A stretch of DNA of 59,041 nucleotides, counting the filler, from Sphacelaria rigidula (taxonomy: Eukaryota), in assembly GCA_964200075.2 (NCBI GenBank). It is 10 parts of 10 records of this genome, joined end to end, with 100 filler letters (N's around TTAATTAATTAA, not from the genome) between each part and the next. Parts side by side here need not be neighbours in the genome. Positions count along the whole stretch, not along the records: positions 11,831 to 17,645 come from CAXNAA020024250.1; positions 17,746 to 23,560 come from CAXNAA020024251.1; positions 23,661 to 29,474 come from CAXNAA020024252.1; 7 more parts are not named here. One strand, written 5' to 3'. The position numbers and the translations under genes are program-made. Positions 12,004 to 24,850 of this stretch are shown here, in pieces. Every line of letters starts with the position of its first letter. Positions within the stretch are counted from its first letter, which is position 1. The notes beneath the pieces are model-generated. The model was not told where the DNA came from. It saw nothing but the letters and a program-made list of their open reading frames with translations, and did not search any database.

Positions 12004-15000
12004 CTCCCTCTCTTCCACAGCAGTAATTTCTTTCCTGATCTTGCTTCTCGCCGCCAGTTCGGAGCGCCACGCGTCCCCGCGAGCTTTGTGACGGGTGCGG
12101 GCGGCGCCCCTTCCTCTCCGACGCGCCATTTCTTTGATAAATCTTGTGGGGTCCCGTCGCCCCTCCTGCACCCGCCGCCTCGAATGATGAATGGCCACGC
12201 CAACGTACGCTTCGTCTAGGCTGTTTTGGTGCAACAACAATTGTACGTACAAGCAGCAAACAATGAGACGAGCTGGTTGGTTTATGTTGTCTACTTCTAT
12301 TCCATTTCATTCTCCTCACGCTAGCACCTGTACCATCCTCAAGGTGAGGTGATATTAGCTTCGCGGGTGATGGGAATAAATCACTGGAATGACACGACAC
12401 GAGACGAGGCTGTTCATGTGTGTGAATGTGTAATTGTGTGTATCTGGAGACATGAATGAAATCGGGTGAGACGTGAGTACGGGTGCGGCGCTGGTGTGTT
12501 GCGCCCCTGCTCGGAGAATGACGATTTTCCGGTCATGGAATGGACTATGACCCAATGGCCCGAGGTGACAAAACATCTGTTTCATGATCATATTCTCGAA
12601 AATGTGAAGAGGTGATGATATTCTGCCTCATGCGTGTAGGCGTGTTGAAGGCAAGGATCTGCTAGGATGGTATTCGAAGGTATGCTTCGGCAGCGGAGGG
12701 GGGTACGGTAGATGGCCGCTTTTCCATCGACTTGTTTGTAGACTGCACATCGCATATATTTTGTTTCCTCTCTGCAATATACCGTCGCAATTTTGCTGCG
12801 TCTACTCCGTTCCTTCACTTCCCTTTTTGTTTCTGGTTGGTTTTGCTCTTGTTGCTCTCTTCTCTCCTCTTATTTTTTAGTTTCGTTTTCAAGTCAACTC
12901 AGTTTATTTGCTTCACCTTCCTGTTTCCCCCCACTTCTCTTCTTCTCTAGCGAGCGTTTCCAGTTCGTTTGCCTCGGGTACGCTCATCTTGTGGAGAATG
13001 ACTACGGCGTCAATACGTCACATCACATCACATCACATCACATCACACATACCCCGGGGAGTTCATGTACGACAATCGGTCAAAAACAATAAAAATTGAA
13101 ATCCCACCATGTTGTTCCTTTTTTTTCCGCACAAACCAAACACAAGGGTACAACTACTGCACGAGGAAACACATGTGTGAATACATACAATATTGGTTGA
13201 CCAATAGGAGCCGCATCTAAAGCTCGTGAGCCCAAGCTTATGCGAAAAGTTGTATGCAGAAGGTTTGAAAAAGTTGTTCAGGTATTTGCGCGGTTTGCCA
13301 AAGTTACTGCAATAAGATACAGTATGACGAACCGTTTCGAGGATGATCACCTTTTTTTGCAGGCCTACTTACTACAGGCTGGTTCAGGGTGGACGGCCGA
13401 AATTTACTCCCCAGCGATCCTCCACGCTGTTATTTCGAGTTAGACCTGAAATTCCGCACACGGGTGCTCAGATATTTCAAAAGGTTGTATGAATGAGATC
13501 TTCCGATTCTCTCTTTTTCCCCCCCACGTATCCGGGGTCCCAGGAGGCGGAGGCGTGCCCACCTTGGGACGAGGCAATGTTGTTTTCATCATTTTGAAGC
13601 AATCTGTACCGGCTTCTGGGAGTCTTCATCCTGGGGCTCCCCGGAAACCAGTAGGGAGCGGATAAAGTTTGAAATATTCTTCCAACGATTTTGTTTCAGT
13701 TTGTAGCACCCACATGTACTAAACTGCTCAGTTCGAGGATGATCGAAGCCTTTCAACAAAGTTTACAAGGGAAAACGTCAAGACGTTATCTGGGTCTTGG
13801 ATGCATATCATCAGTGGAAATCCGACGACGCCAAAACCCCACAACAACGAAATATCACGTTGTGGGCTATACCTCGATCCCATACAAACTGTTTTCAAAT
13901 ATATATTTTTTTCTCCCAAGACTCCCTACCTCACAGTGGTTACCACGGTTCGATCCGTGATGGAATTCAGTACAAGTTGACTCGACAATTCACATTTGAA
14001 ACGTTTAGAACAGTTTGAAGGCCCTTGATTGGCCAAGGAGCATTTTAAGTACCAGCGCCACGTCAAAAGACGCGAGAAAAATCTGGTCACATCACATTGT
14101 TCGCTTGCTCGTGGGGGTCGCTGTTATGATACCAAGTAACATGTTTCTATCGGGTCAGATTTGCTTTCTGTATCCAGTGGGGTACAAATTTTGGGCACTT
14201 ACCCCGAAGCAAGCTGTTCTGTAGCCTTATTCACGACTACGTTCCAGAAAAAAACGCGCGCGCACGAAACACCTGGTATTTTTGCAAGTGGACATTACGT
14301 ACCCTGTGGACATCGTGGAAGATATTCCCTGGAATATGTCGTTATCGTCAGTACAAAGTACAAGCTTCAAAGAGTGCTGGTCGATTCATCGCTTGATGGA
14401 CAACTCTTCAAACAAACACATCAACACAAACAGACAAAATCGTATTTTTTAAACTCAAAATCATCTACGCAACGTGCGCCACGCTATGTGAAATGACGTA
14501 GAGTAACGTTACGTACCTGTTGGATATCGTGAACGGAACTTCTTGGAACACCTTGGGGAGCAGCCACCCTTCACCACCGCCACTTTCACCCCCACCCGCT
14601 CCACTCTTCGACTTTGACGGAAACGATAATCCCGTGCAAATGAACTCTGACGAGTCATCGGCTTGCTGTCGATCGTCTTCCAGGTAAGGCTGCAAGCTTC
14701 GGGGCTGCAGCTGCGATTGCTGAGCATCGTGCACAAGACACACACAAGCCGCGCATGGCACACGAGCACCCACAGAACAAAGCGGAGTAAAAATGAGAAA
14801 AACGACGCCTTCTTAAAAGCGAGGCCCCTTTTCACCGCGGTGGAAATCGACGTGCACCATTACTCCTCTTGTGGGTAGGATTCCCTCACTCCCTCAAAGG
14901 CGGGCGATTCTTGCTTGCACTACAACTACATATATACATATATACCGTCTTGACCTCGAATTGCGATCGCCACTACTGTGAACACAAGCAAAAAACAGCG

Positions 15001-16190
15001 TTTCTTGTTCGGCCCGGGAGAAATGTAGCTCGCTCTGCACCATAGCTCGAACTTGTACGGCACAAAGCACGATTTCAAGTTTTTACGGTACACTTTCACG
15101 GAGTTTTGTTCGAATTGTACATACACAGTGCGTTGATATATACCTTGAGTTTCGCCTGCGTCAACCGGTGGACCCGAATGAGTTGACATGACAATCCCAG
15201 AATGCTTGCCGACCTTCCAGTGATAACATCTCCAGCTCCGATGTTCACCACTTCCAGTCCCGCGGCTTGAGCTGCGGCAAGCGCGATGTTCACGTTTTCT
15301 ATGGCCTTAAAAATGCCGACCGCCTTGGCCTTCATGGGGACATTTACCCTCGAATCAGCTGCTTGGGGTGGGAAAAAACAAAAACGAGAAGGAAGAGAAA
15401 ATGGAAGGAACGTGAGAAACAGGAGATGAAAAAAATGACGACAACAAAAATATATCTCGCGTGCATACACTTCCCTGATATTTTGCTGTACATTAATTTT
15501 GCCCAGTTTCAGACCCGTACTGTAGTCTCAGGTGCAAGCCCACAACCCATCCCTCCCCAGCTACAGTACTTGGCTGAAAATCGAATGTTGGATCAGCAGT
15601 TTCGCAGCACCTCAACAGCCGTCGATTTCCTATGAGTACAACTATTGATCACCGACATCCTCATGCTTGTGCACAAGTTAATACAATGAAGGACGCATAC
15701 TGTTACGATTTGAACGCACAAAATCCCCGCAAGCTACAGCAGTGTTTTTTATACGCCAGTCTGACTGATGATTAGGGCGCAGAGGACGTTCGAGTTTCAA
15801 ATATGAGTGCCATATATGTATAGCACGGAAGGTCGCACAGATACTTCCTTTGTGCTATACGGTAGGCGAAGTCCGTTATGGCATGCGAGATAATGGGTAC
15901 TACCCCCTCCCAGGAATGGGGATGGAAAACCGCCATTCTAGGGCCGACTTGGATTTTCGGGCTGTTCACCCACGCAGGGTGATGCGCGGACGAAACAAAA
16001 AAAGGAGTCAACTCAAACAGCGCCAAATATCACCTATTGAGTCTGGGAAGGCCAGACACACGAGCCGACACAGAAGTGTGCCGTCGTGAAACCTGTCCAA
16101 AACGTCCGTGCCCTTCGGGTCCAGCGGCAGTATGTGGGTCAGGAACGCGTCACTTCTCAGATGGGTGTTCAGATAAGACGCAAGCCGCTC
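12004..16190 (-). CDS. Partial multi-exon gene with a fimbrin/plastin-type CH1 domain; exons 16034-16190, 15144-15358, ~14517-14710 and 12004-12220
   Basis: ERLASYLNTHL..D..L..ILP......D......DGTLLCRLV..AFPDSI and ENVNIALAAAQAAGLEVVNIGAGDV..G....ILGL.CQLIR match the fimbrin CH1 pattern; all GT/AG junctions are phase-consistent (1, 0, 2, 0). The last two exons are less certain than the CH exons. Confidence 0.75.
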
Positions 16191-16299
16191 CTGCATAACA
16201 TCGAACGCCGCCCGGAGAAAGCAGGCGGGAGGTAGGGGTGAAAGGGTGAGGGGTAAGGAGGTGTGCCTTATGATACAACGACGACTTCACCGTGTGTCA

Positions 16300-16392
16300 A
16301 GTCGCCCCAGTGGTCCAATAGTATCACTGACACCATTGGGTAGGTCAGGAAATTGAACCTTTGATTTCCGGCAGGTGCACTTTTTTTTTTTC
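16300..16392 (+). mobile_element. Degenerate tRNA-derived SINE head (tentative)
   Basis: CGCCCCAGTGGTCCAATAG (A-box-like), weak B box TTTGATTTCC, then a T run; resembles 29701-29766. Confidence 0.35.
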
Positions 16393-17645
16393 CTCAAAAG
16401 GTGAGTTTCTGATTTCCATCGCCGGAAACATGAGAATGGGAGTGTGAGTAGCAGAGAAACTATGTGTTACGGGAGTCGACGCGGTGCAGGAGTGCTAACC
16501 CAGTCCGTGATACCAAATTGTAAGGCAAGTACCGGCAGGATGATGAAGGTTGATCCCTTGAGAACACGGACTCGCCGCGAAAAGGAGAGAAGTTGAAAGT
16601 GAGCCACTCCCCCCCCACCTCCTCCCCTCCTAGGGAACAGGGAAGTACCTTCAGTGTTCTTGTTCTTATTCCTTTGTCCCGTCTTGGTAGAAATGCAACA
16701 GACTGGCTCCGCAACTTTGTTTCCCTATCTGAATTTCAACAGTACGTGACACTTATGTACGAACCACGATCATAGGACGCTTCTCCGGCAGGCTCCACTG
16801 TGCCTCCCATCAACCCCCCCACTCATGCAACCGTGATGTAGTAGCGGTTGGGCCGCCTAAGATTTTCACTTTCCTTCAGCTTCGTGGAACTGACGATGTA
16901 TCGCGAGTTGTGCCAGTAGAGATAACCACCGTTGGCCTACAAATGTCCATCGTTGATATTACTTGATTAGAATGCACAACGAGAATCTGATTTCAACCGT
17001 GGCTGACGGCCCCGTGTACCCCTCGTGTGCGCAGTTTTCGTCGAAACCAGCGCCACAGGCGCTGATTTGGGGTCTTCAAAGGCCACACTTTGCCAAGGGA
17101 ATGTTATGTGCCGCCCTTGTCCGAGGGTTTCGGTTCGCGATGGGTTGGGGTTAGGGTTTGGGGGTAGGGGTAGCGATACTTGTAACATGTGTCGACCATG
17201 AACATTTGTAGCCCAACTCTGGTAAATTAGCCTACTACTATGACATATCGTGGTAATCGGCAACTCAGTGCTCGTCTTCAAATCCACCTACCACTCCGAT
17301 CCGAAAAAGTCTAATCAAACGAAATACCAAACTTTCTGTCCAGCTTTCAGTCACAAGGCATATCATTTGCTTGAGCCAACCATCGATGATGTGACAACCG
17401 CCCGTTCATAACGGAAGAGCCTGCGAGTAGCTTGACCGTGACACCAGTCCCGAAATCTGAACAGTAAGGTGTTTCACAAGCCCCAGTATCACAAAAGACC
17501 GACACGTTGTGAGTTATGAGTCTAGCTATTTTGTCGACGCGGAGAGACTCGGGAACCATTTCCGGGGAAGGAGGGGCGTGGTCGTTGTGGCGACCGTGAA
17601 CGGCAAATGAGCGGGAAAAGAGCCGAATGTGTGGGTGCCGTGGTT

Positions 17646-17745
17646 NNNNNNNNNNNNNNNNNNNNNNNNNNNNNNNNNNNNNNNNNNNNTTAATTAATTA
17701 ANNNNNNNNNNNNNNNNNNNNNNNNNNNNNNNNNNNNNNNNNNNN
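17646..17745. other. Artificial contig spacer
   Basis: 44 N + TTAATTAATTAA + 44 N. Confidence 0.99.
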
Positions 17746-18111
17746 TTTTCTATCTGACTTTCTTTTTTTTGTTTTTTGTTTTTTTTTTTTTTTTTTTTTT
17801 TTTTTTGTTGGGGGGGGGGGGGGGGGGGGGCAGAATTCTGATCCACTTTCCCCACGAAATTTCACTTCGAATCGTCGTTGAAAGCAGCAACGGCTGTTCG
17901 AACGCGCTTCTTACCGACAAGTAATGCTCACTTGTACTGCCTGAAACCGTTTTACTCAAATGTAAAGGCACCGCAAGTGTGTAAGCTCGTCCGACATACA
18001 CATGAGCTCTCTTTTTGTGTGGAATAAAGCATCCTCCCCACTCACCCCCTATCGTAGCATGACTCATTAGTTGCCTTTTTTATTCTCTTTTCCAGGGACT
18101 TGAAGGAAAAA

Positions 18112-21100
18112 ATGGCGGGGCCGGGAGACGACTACGCGTCGGAAACGAGGGCGTACAACCCCGACTTCGCGAAGGACCACCCCGAAGAGGAATACGAAGA
18201 CAAAATTCAGAAGGTGTTGAGCTTCGCCAGAAATAGCCCGCTCGGCATCTCTTTCTCGCCCGTCGTGTAAAATGAAAACCGCGCGTGTTGAGTTGCGCTC
18301 ATGGTGTTGTGTGCGTGCATCTCTCTTTGCTAGGCGTATGATACACGCGCACCCTTTTTTTTCATGTGCCCGCAACCTCCATCGTGTCGTGCAGCGCACA
18401 AGCATGCTTTTTATAGTTTACATTTTCGAACAAAAGCAGAGCTGCCTGCACTAGTTTAATCTATGCGTGGTTCCACGCAAACGAACCGTCGAGTTCAGTA
18501 CATATAGCGCGTGTCGTTATACATGCGTTTTTTTTCTTTTTTCACCTGTACTTGCGCCTCTCTCCGGTTTGCCGTACATGCACGCACACATGCACATTCA
18601 GGCGATGCGCGAGCGGGAACGGTTGTCGAAAAAGCGAGCGGCGGCGTTCAAAAAGAAGAAGATGCGGGAGGCTGAGGCCAAGGCCAAGCAGGAAAACAAA
18701 AGCGACGACCTGCTCGATGACGGTCACGATCAGTCGGAGGCCGAGGCTGCCAAACAGGCAAGCACTTCCTGTGTTTCATGTTGATGTTGGTATGGTGCAC
18801 TGAGAACAGACACGCCTATTCACAGCCTGCAGTATCTGAGCGCTTGCAGACTTGTACGTCCATTGTGTGCTGTTGATCCCGGTACGCTGAAACCACAACG
18901 CCTGCATAGCTGGCAGCTGATGTCTGACCGGGGCAGATTTGGCAGTTATGGTAATGCACGCTCAACGTAATGGCCGGCAGTTTTTTTCTCCTGAAAAGCA
19001 TCTGATGTCCGCCGTTATAAACGCGAGAAGGTAGGAGCAAACGTAGCTTTGTCGAGAATCGACTCAGTGAGGGAGTGATGATGATCATGATCCAACCCGC
19101 GATTCCAAGATGTAATATAAGGACTCCTCAACCCCGGGAGACTACTTGTTCGTTTAAAAATAAATTTTGTTGAAAAGTGCATTTTTGATCCATCTCCACC
19201 GTTTTCTGCCCGAAAAGAGGGCTGAGCGGATGGGGACACCTCGGAATGACTTGCTGTACTCGTTGAGACCGTTCCAGAGCACCTTTGCGTTTTCCGTAGG
19301 TGACAAATTGGATTTCGATCAAACTTGCATCCTCAATGGCAAACAGTCGAGTTGAAAACAATGGCAGTCTTACCCCTGTTTTTGATAACTCGAGCGTATG
19401 TTATTGAAAATGCAAGCTCGGTCAAGAAATAAATTGTGACCTACGGAAAACGCCAAGGTGCTCTCGAATGGTCTCAACGAGTGCAGCAAGCCATTCCAAG
19501 GTGTAAACGTCCGCCAAGCCCTCTCTTCGGACGAATAGCGATGGAGGAGGGTAAAAAGTGCATTCTTCCACGAGATTTATTTCTCGATGCATGAGAAGTA
19601 GCCTGATACTACGAACTTCTCCGAGGAGGAGAGAGGATATACCGCGACGGGAAGAAAATAAATTGCCCCTTTCCCGCGGCCGTGGTGGGGTCACCGACCC
19701 TACCGGCCTTACCTCACCAGATTGAGTTGCCTTCAAGCTGGTTTGGCGACTGCACCATGTGGGTAGATCGAGAGAAACTGTAGGTGCTTCTCAGGCCAAT
19801 GCCGCACGACAAATTTAGGGGCACCTTATGGATGTGACGGCGGTCCGGTTATCCGAAGCGTTTGCAATGTCTTGAACGTATTTGTTCCTACATGTATCTT
19901 CATTGTTGGTATATTTCTCGACCTGAGAAGAATGATGGTTATAGGACGATTCCGAGGCCTAGCGCAGCATGGTCCGCGTTGATGGATGATCTGGTCAAGA
20001 TCGATCCATGTGTGCACGCACCATCGTGGTTTTTTCAGGCACTTAAGCCAACGCGAAATGACGATTTGTGCCACGCGTTCGATCTGTCATTGGCCTTCGT
20101 TAGAACATGACCTCATGACCTACTTTTGACGCCACACCGCGACCATCGTGTGGTGGCGGTATCCTTTGATCATCTGCAAAGCAAGCTAACTCGTCAAATG
20201 TATTCAAAACCGTGCGATTGCAGCAGCCCGGCTTTCAGCGCCATGAATATTCGAACGAAGCGAAGAGAAGTGATTGAAAAATAGTCATCAGTTGCCTTCA
20301 CTCACATATTTCGGTGTTGGCACTTTCAATAATCAGCCATTTCTCGCGTTTTGTTGTTTTATCCATCATGCGCCATGACCACTTCTCATAGCAACGAAAA
20401 AGTATTTTGATCGAAATTATCCATTTGATAAAAAAGCTTGTACGTTTCCTACTAACGGCCTGAGACCCCCTCTCATTATTGGGAGAAATACCAGAGGAGA
20501 AGTTTCGGGCAATGACCTCTTCACAACCTGTCTCGACAAAAACAATTTCTAAAACTACTCGTGATGACTGTGAAAATATTCTGTGGGTCTCATGGAGGCG
20601 CCCGCCTGCGTGATACCCACCATCATCTTCATTTGCTGAATGAAAAAGCGGCACTGTCGAGTCCGATGTCTACGAGCCCCTCCCGGATAATGGCGTGAAT
20701 TCTGGGCAGGCGGTACGTGTTGAACTCGATACACAGGACATGAAGAAAAACACGTTCATTCAAATGACAGTGGGGAATAGCGACGTGATCCTTGCAAACT
20801 TGGGGCACACGGTTACGCTGTTCGGGGAATGCTGGAGATCCATGTAGCTCTGCACAGTTGCTGATTGAAATGTTCTCACAGGTGTCGTTATCCATCCAGG
20901 ATGAGGGATGCTGGCCGCCCGCCAGACTTTCTTAAAATCGAAAGATGCCCAAGCCCGGGGTCCTGGTGCTGAGGTTATGCTTTCGTATTGCCTTTCATAG
21001 TAATACGGGGAAAATGGTGACTGTCCTGTGGGGGTAATCCACACGAGTTCGAGAAGGAACCTACCCCATCCGGACATTTCTGCCTATCGCTGAACGACGT

Positions 21101-21851
21101 GTGTGTAAGCAGGGAGAGTTGAACGCCCATCAATCCACCGCGTGAAACAAAGTCGAGGACGCGCGCGAAGGTACGCTACGTCCTCTAAGGAGAAATGTCG
21201 GTGTTTCCAGACCCAATTTCAGAGATGATGGAAATTTGACCCGTATGTTCGTCTTTGTTTGACATAAGCTCAGAGAACGAGGGTTGTTGTTTTGACCTAC
21301 TCGAATACAATCCGTTCTCATGTCGCAAATGTGAAAATAAGAGCATTGCACATGGGTAATCATATAAAACAGTCCAGCACAATCAGTTGGAGTACCAGCA
21401 GCCCACATTGAAGCTTCATGCGTGACGAGCGTAAGCTACGTGATGTTCTCTCGAATGGATGTCATGTTGTGCTGGTTGAGCTACGCTGTGGAGAGTGGGT
21501 GTGCACCTCTGATGGACATGATGCAAGGGATTTTGTATTTTGGTCTGAAACGCTTTTTTTCAGGTGAGCGGAGCACTGTACAGTATATCAATACACGCTG
21601 GTAGCGGGTCCTGACAGCGGACGGAGAATATCTTGTGTTCACGACGACCTTGAAGAACGTGCTATACGAAATAGGTTTTGAAACCCAGATGTTGCTGGAT
21701 ATTATTCCCCGGCTATCTTCGTTTCTGGTTTTCTCAGGCCGGGAAGGACGCGGACACGAATCAGCTTAACGACTTGTTCAACAGCTCGCCCGACGAAGAC
21801 AGCGACGATCCGGAGGATGACCAGGGGGACAGAAGAGACAAGAAGCCTTGA
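18112..21851 (+). CDS. Small charged protein, 123 aa, 3 exons (18112-18213, 18602-18757, 21738-21851); intron 2 is GC-AG
   Basis: MAGPGDDY...EDKIQK | AMRERERLSKK...EAAKQ | AGKDADTNQ...RRDKKP*; all phase 0; donor CAG|GCAAG; an upstream acceptor at 18094-18095 suggests a 5'UTR intron. Confidence 0.65.
19174..19567. mobile_element. Foldback/MITE-like inverted repeat (~130-bp arms)
   Basis: ~19174-19306 is the diverged reverse complement of ~19434-19567. Confidence 0.7.
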
Positions 21852-22832
21852 ACAACATGAAGCACAGTACAGTGTATCGCGCCATGAGGATGACCCAGGG
21901 GGCAAAACGTAGGTGCCGCCTTGATCGTACCACAGCACGCCGTGTCGAGCGTTTTGCCGCCCAAGGGCCTGAGCTATATTGCGAGCTAGTGATTGCTGGA
22001 TCTTCCTCGTTGTTCCAGATCTATCCGTTTACTGCCCGTACAGTTGCTTATCTTGATTACTTGTGGGCATTTTTTGTGCCCATCGCTCGAGCAAGCGCGT
22101 TGTTTAGATATGTATTTGCGGTTTCACAGGGCTCCCGACAGTGATAATTTTATGTGAGTATTTGCTCCACGGGTATGGGGCGCTTGCTGTTCATGGCACC
22201 TCACGACACACACGCCGCAGTGTCTCGTGATGCTTATTGTACACGGTACGCGCTAGTGTTGGTTACCACCATATCGTGCGCGCCATGGCCCTGTTTTCGG
22301 AGTGGTATTCGTGGTCGTTGAAGCTCTGTGGCTCAATTTGGGCATGCTGTTTGATCGGGAAGTAGAGGCCAAGAGTGGTAAGATGAAACTTAATATTGAC
22401 TCAAGGATGAGAAGCAGCCCGCTTGGAACGTTCGGAACGTGATATATTTACTCGTGTCTCATCTGTTGTTGCACCCACAGAATGGCAATCCATGTGGCCC
22501 CTCTCGCCATGGTACTTCATCTACCGTGATTGTTTTTTTCGGGTGTGGAGTCACGCATGCCGTAATTTTTCATCTCCAGGAGTGCTTGAGCCGTGTGCAC
22601 CTTTTGGGCACCGTTTCGATTGTTCCAATTTCATGAAGTGAATTGATTTCTGCTCAGGGTAAAAGATTCGACTGACTGTTTTTTTTGCGACTCGTTTTTG
22701 GCGATAGATTTTTTGCGACTCGATTGTTGCGACCTGTTTTCTGTTACACTCTCCAACTCTGCAACCCCCACTTATTTCGTGCTTTTGGGGAAAACTTTCT
22801 CAAGCAGGAACCAAATGCATCTTGCTCCCAGA

Positions 22833-23273
22833 ACACGGGATCTTTCAAAATGGGGATGGATCTTTTATTGGGAATGAGAAACCCGGAGAATTAAAATCTT
22901 CGTGTCCACACCAAATCTTCGAAACATGGTTTCATTTCTTCACCTACTGATGGCTACTGACGACTGCTACACGCCATAGAAATTTGGATCTCGCTAACCG
23001 AAACGTTGGGGTCCTAGGTAAAAAACCAATTTCGGGGAATCCCGGGTGTCCGAACGGACGCCAAAATGGTTCTTGAGTTGGTTTTTGACTTAAGACTCCA
23101 AACATTTTGGTGGTTGAAATCCAAATCTCTATGGCGTGTAGTATTTGTCAACAGCTATCAGCAGGTGAAGGAATGGAACCATATTCCGAAGATTTGGTGT
23201 GGATACGAAGATTTTAATTCTCCGGGTTTCTCATCCCCAATAGAAGATTCATACCCGATTTGCAAGATCCCAT
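22833..23273. mobile_element. MITE/foldback element with ~120-bp TIRs
   Basis: GAGAAACCCGGAGAATTAAAATCTTCGTGTCCACACCAAATCTTCG and its reverse complement at ~23185-23232; another TIR start at ~23525-23560. Confidence 0.75.
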
Positions 23274-23274
23274 G

Positions 23275-23500
23275 ATTGGGTCCTCGTGTGGAAAGCTGAC
23301 CCTTCATGATGCGTTTAGGCAGGCGTGTGTCCTTCTGTCGGGCAACGGCTCCGGCGAACCAGAGTTGGTGTTTTCGTATAGTCGTCTCGATACGTTCGCA
23401 GTTGGTCATCTCGAGCACCGCTCTGTAGGAAAGAGTCTTGTAGCCATTTCGATTTTTCCTGCGGGATCCAAGCATTCGCAGCAAGAAACAGCCAATCATC
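23275..23500 (-). mobile_element. LINE (RTE-like) ORF2 C-terminal fragment
   Basis: LRMLG.RRKNR..YKTLSY..VLEMTNCE.IETTIRK.QLWFAGAVARQ.DTRLPKRIM.GQL, typical of the RTE post-RT region. Confidence 0.85.
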
Positions 23501-23560
23501 TATGTTGAGGATGGTGCTTTTCATTGAGGATGAGAACCCGGAGGATTAAAATCTTCGTAG

Positions 23561-23660
23561 NNNNNNNNNNNNNNNNNNNNNNNNNNNNNNNNNNNNNNNN
23601 NNNNTTAATTAATTAANNNNNNNNNNNNNNNNNNNNNNNNNNNNNNNNNNNNNNNNNNNN
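23561..23660. other. Artificial contig spacer
   Basis: 44 N + TTAATTAATTAA + 44 N. Confidence 0.99.
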
Positions 23661-24189
23661 CCCCTCACGAGGCGCGCCTTCCAGCATAAGGAGAAGACGG
23701 CAATTTGGGTATTTGAAGTTTAAAAAAATGTTTTTGATTGAAAAATAAGACTTTTCTCCGATCATTGAGTTTGAATGCCACCCCAAACCACCTATCGAAA
23801 CAACGTGTACGCACTACGTACACTCATGATACATGATGCAGCAGTGGGTCATTGCAGCCTCTGGACACGGAGTATTGCAGCCTTTGGCCTCTCGCTCGGC
23901 AAGCTTCAAGCTACAAGCTATCGCCCCCGCCGCTCCCATCATCTACCATCAGCCGACATTTGAAATCGTGTCTTCCGGCTCCGACTGTACTTGAGCATGA
24001 CCGAGGCTTCGATCCGGTCACCTAACGGCGCGAATCCAAACACTCCCTCAAAACGGAAAATACTCGCTCCATAAACGCGGACGATGGCTGAATAAGTACG
24101 ATAGCCATCGCCACGAGATACCAAGTGGCAAGCCTTGTTTTGTTATCGTCCCAGAACGACAGCAAACAACAGCCGATCCTAATTTTTGG

Positions 24190-24850
24190 GGTTGAACTAT
24201 AAAATGAGGTTCAACCCGCAAATCGCTTCCTTTGGGAAAATACCAAACAGTAGCACAAAAGGAAGGTATTTTCCCCCAAAACTCCGCAGGAGGAGTTGGG
24301 CAGTTCGGGCTTGGTGCACCCAACGAATGCTGTGTACACGCTTGTCGATGGCGATATCACCAGAGAGAGAAGCACGACAGAGAGGAAGCTCCTCGCTCGT
24401 GTCCTTTGTGTGTCCTCGCTCGGCGATTACCAAACGCTCGAGAGACTGGCATCATGCATGTTACCAGCATGAACCGAATTTTCCATGTCGTGCCTAATGA
24501 CCGACCTGCGGAGAGATCTCGTCTTTTCGTCTTGCCTGAGCACCTCATCATCGATGCGAAGATCTATTCCTCTCTGGCTCTCTTTTTGGACAGCACGTGC
24601 CTCTGTGCGCTGAAGAACATGTCTTTGAAAAACAGGGCAATATTTCCGTCACCGCTACTACTGTTCTCTGTCACACATATGCCCGCAAGGACGGTGCTGC
24701 GGCAAAACCAGATAGATCCAACATGAACTTAGGGGGTGTTATTCATCGTTGATTGTCCGCCACCCCAACCGGGCGCTTGACCACACGCGATTTGGGGGGA
24801 GTGCACGAGAGATCAAACACTTGTGAAGACCTTCTTGAAGTGCAGAGTGA
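24190..24850 (+). repeat. Dispersed repeat family I
   Basis: Reverse-complement homologue of ~54540-55240 (GATATCACCAGAGAGAGAAGC..GACAGAGAGGAAGCTCCTC...). Confidence 0.75.

Noticed and set aside
20590..20640. HHLHLL as a Helitron/HUH endonuclease motif
   Set aside because: The flanking Rep motifs are absent and the frame is short; likely chance.
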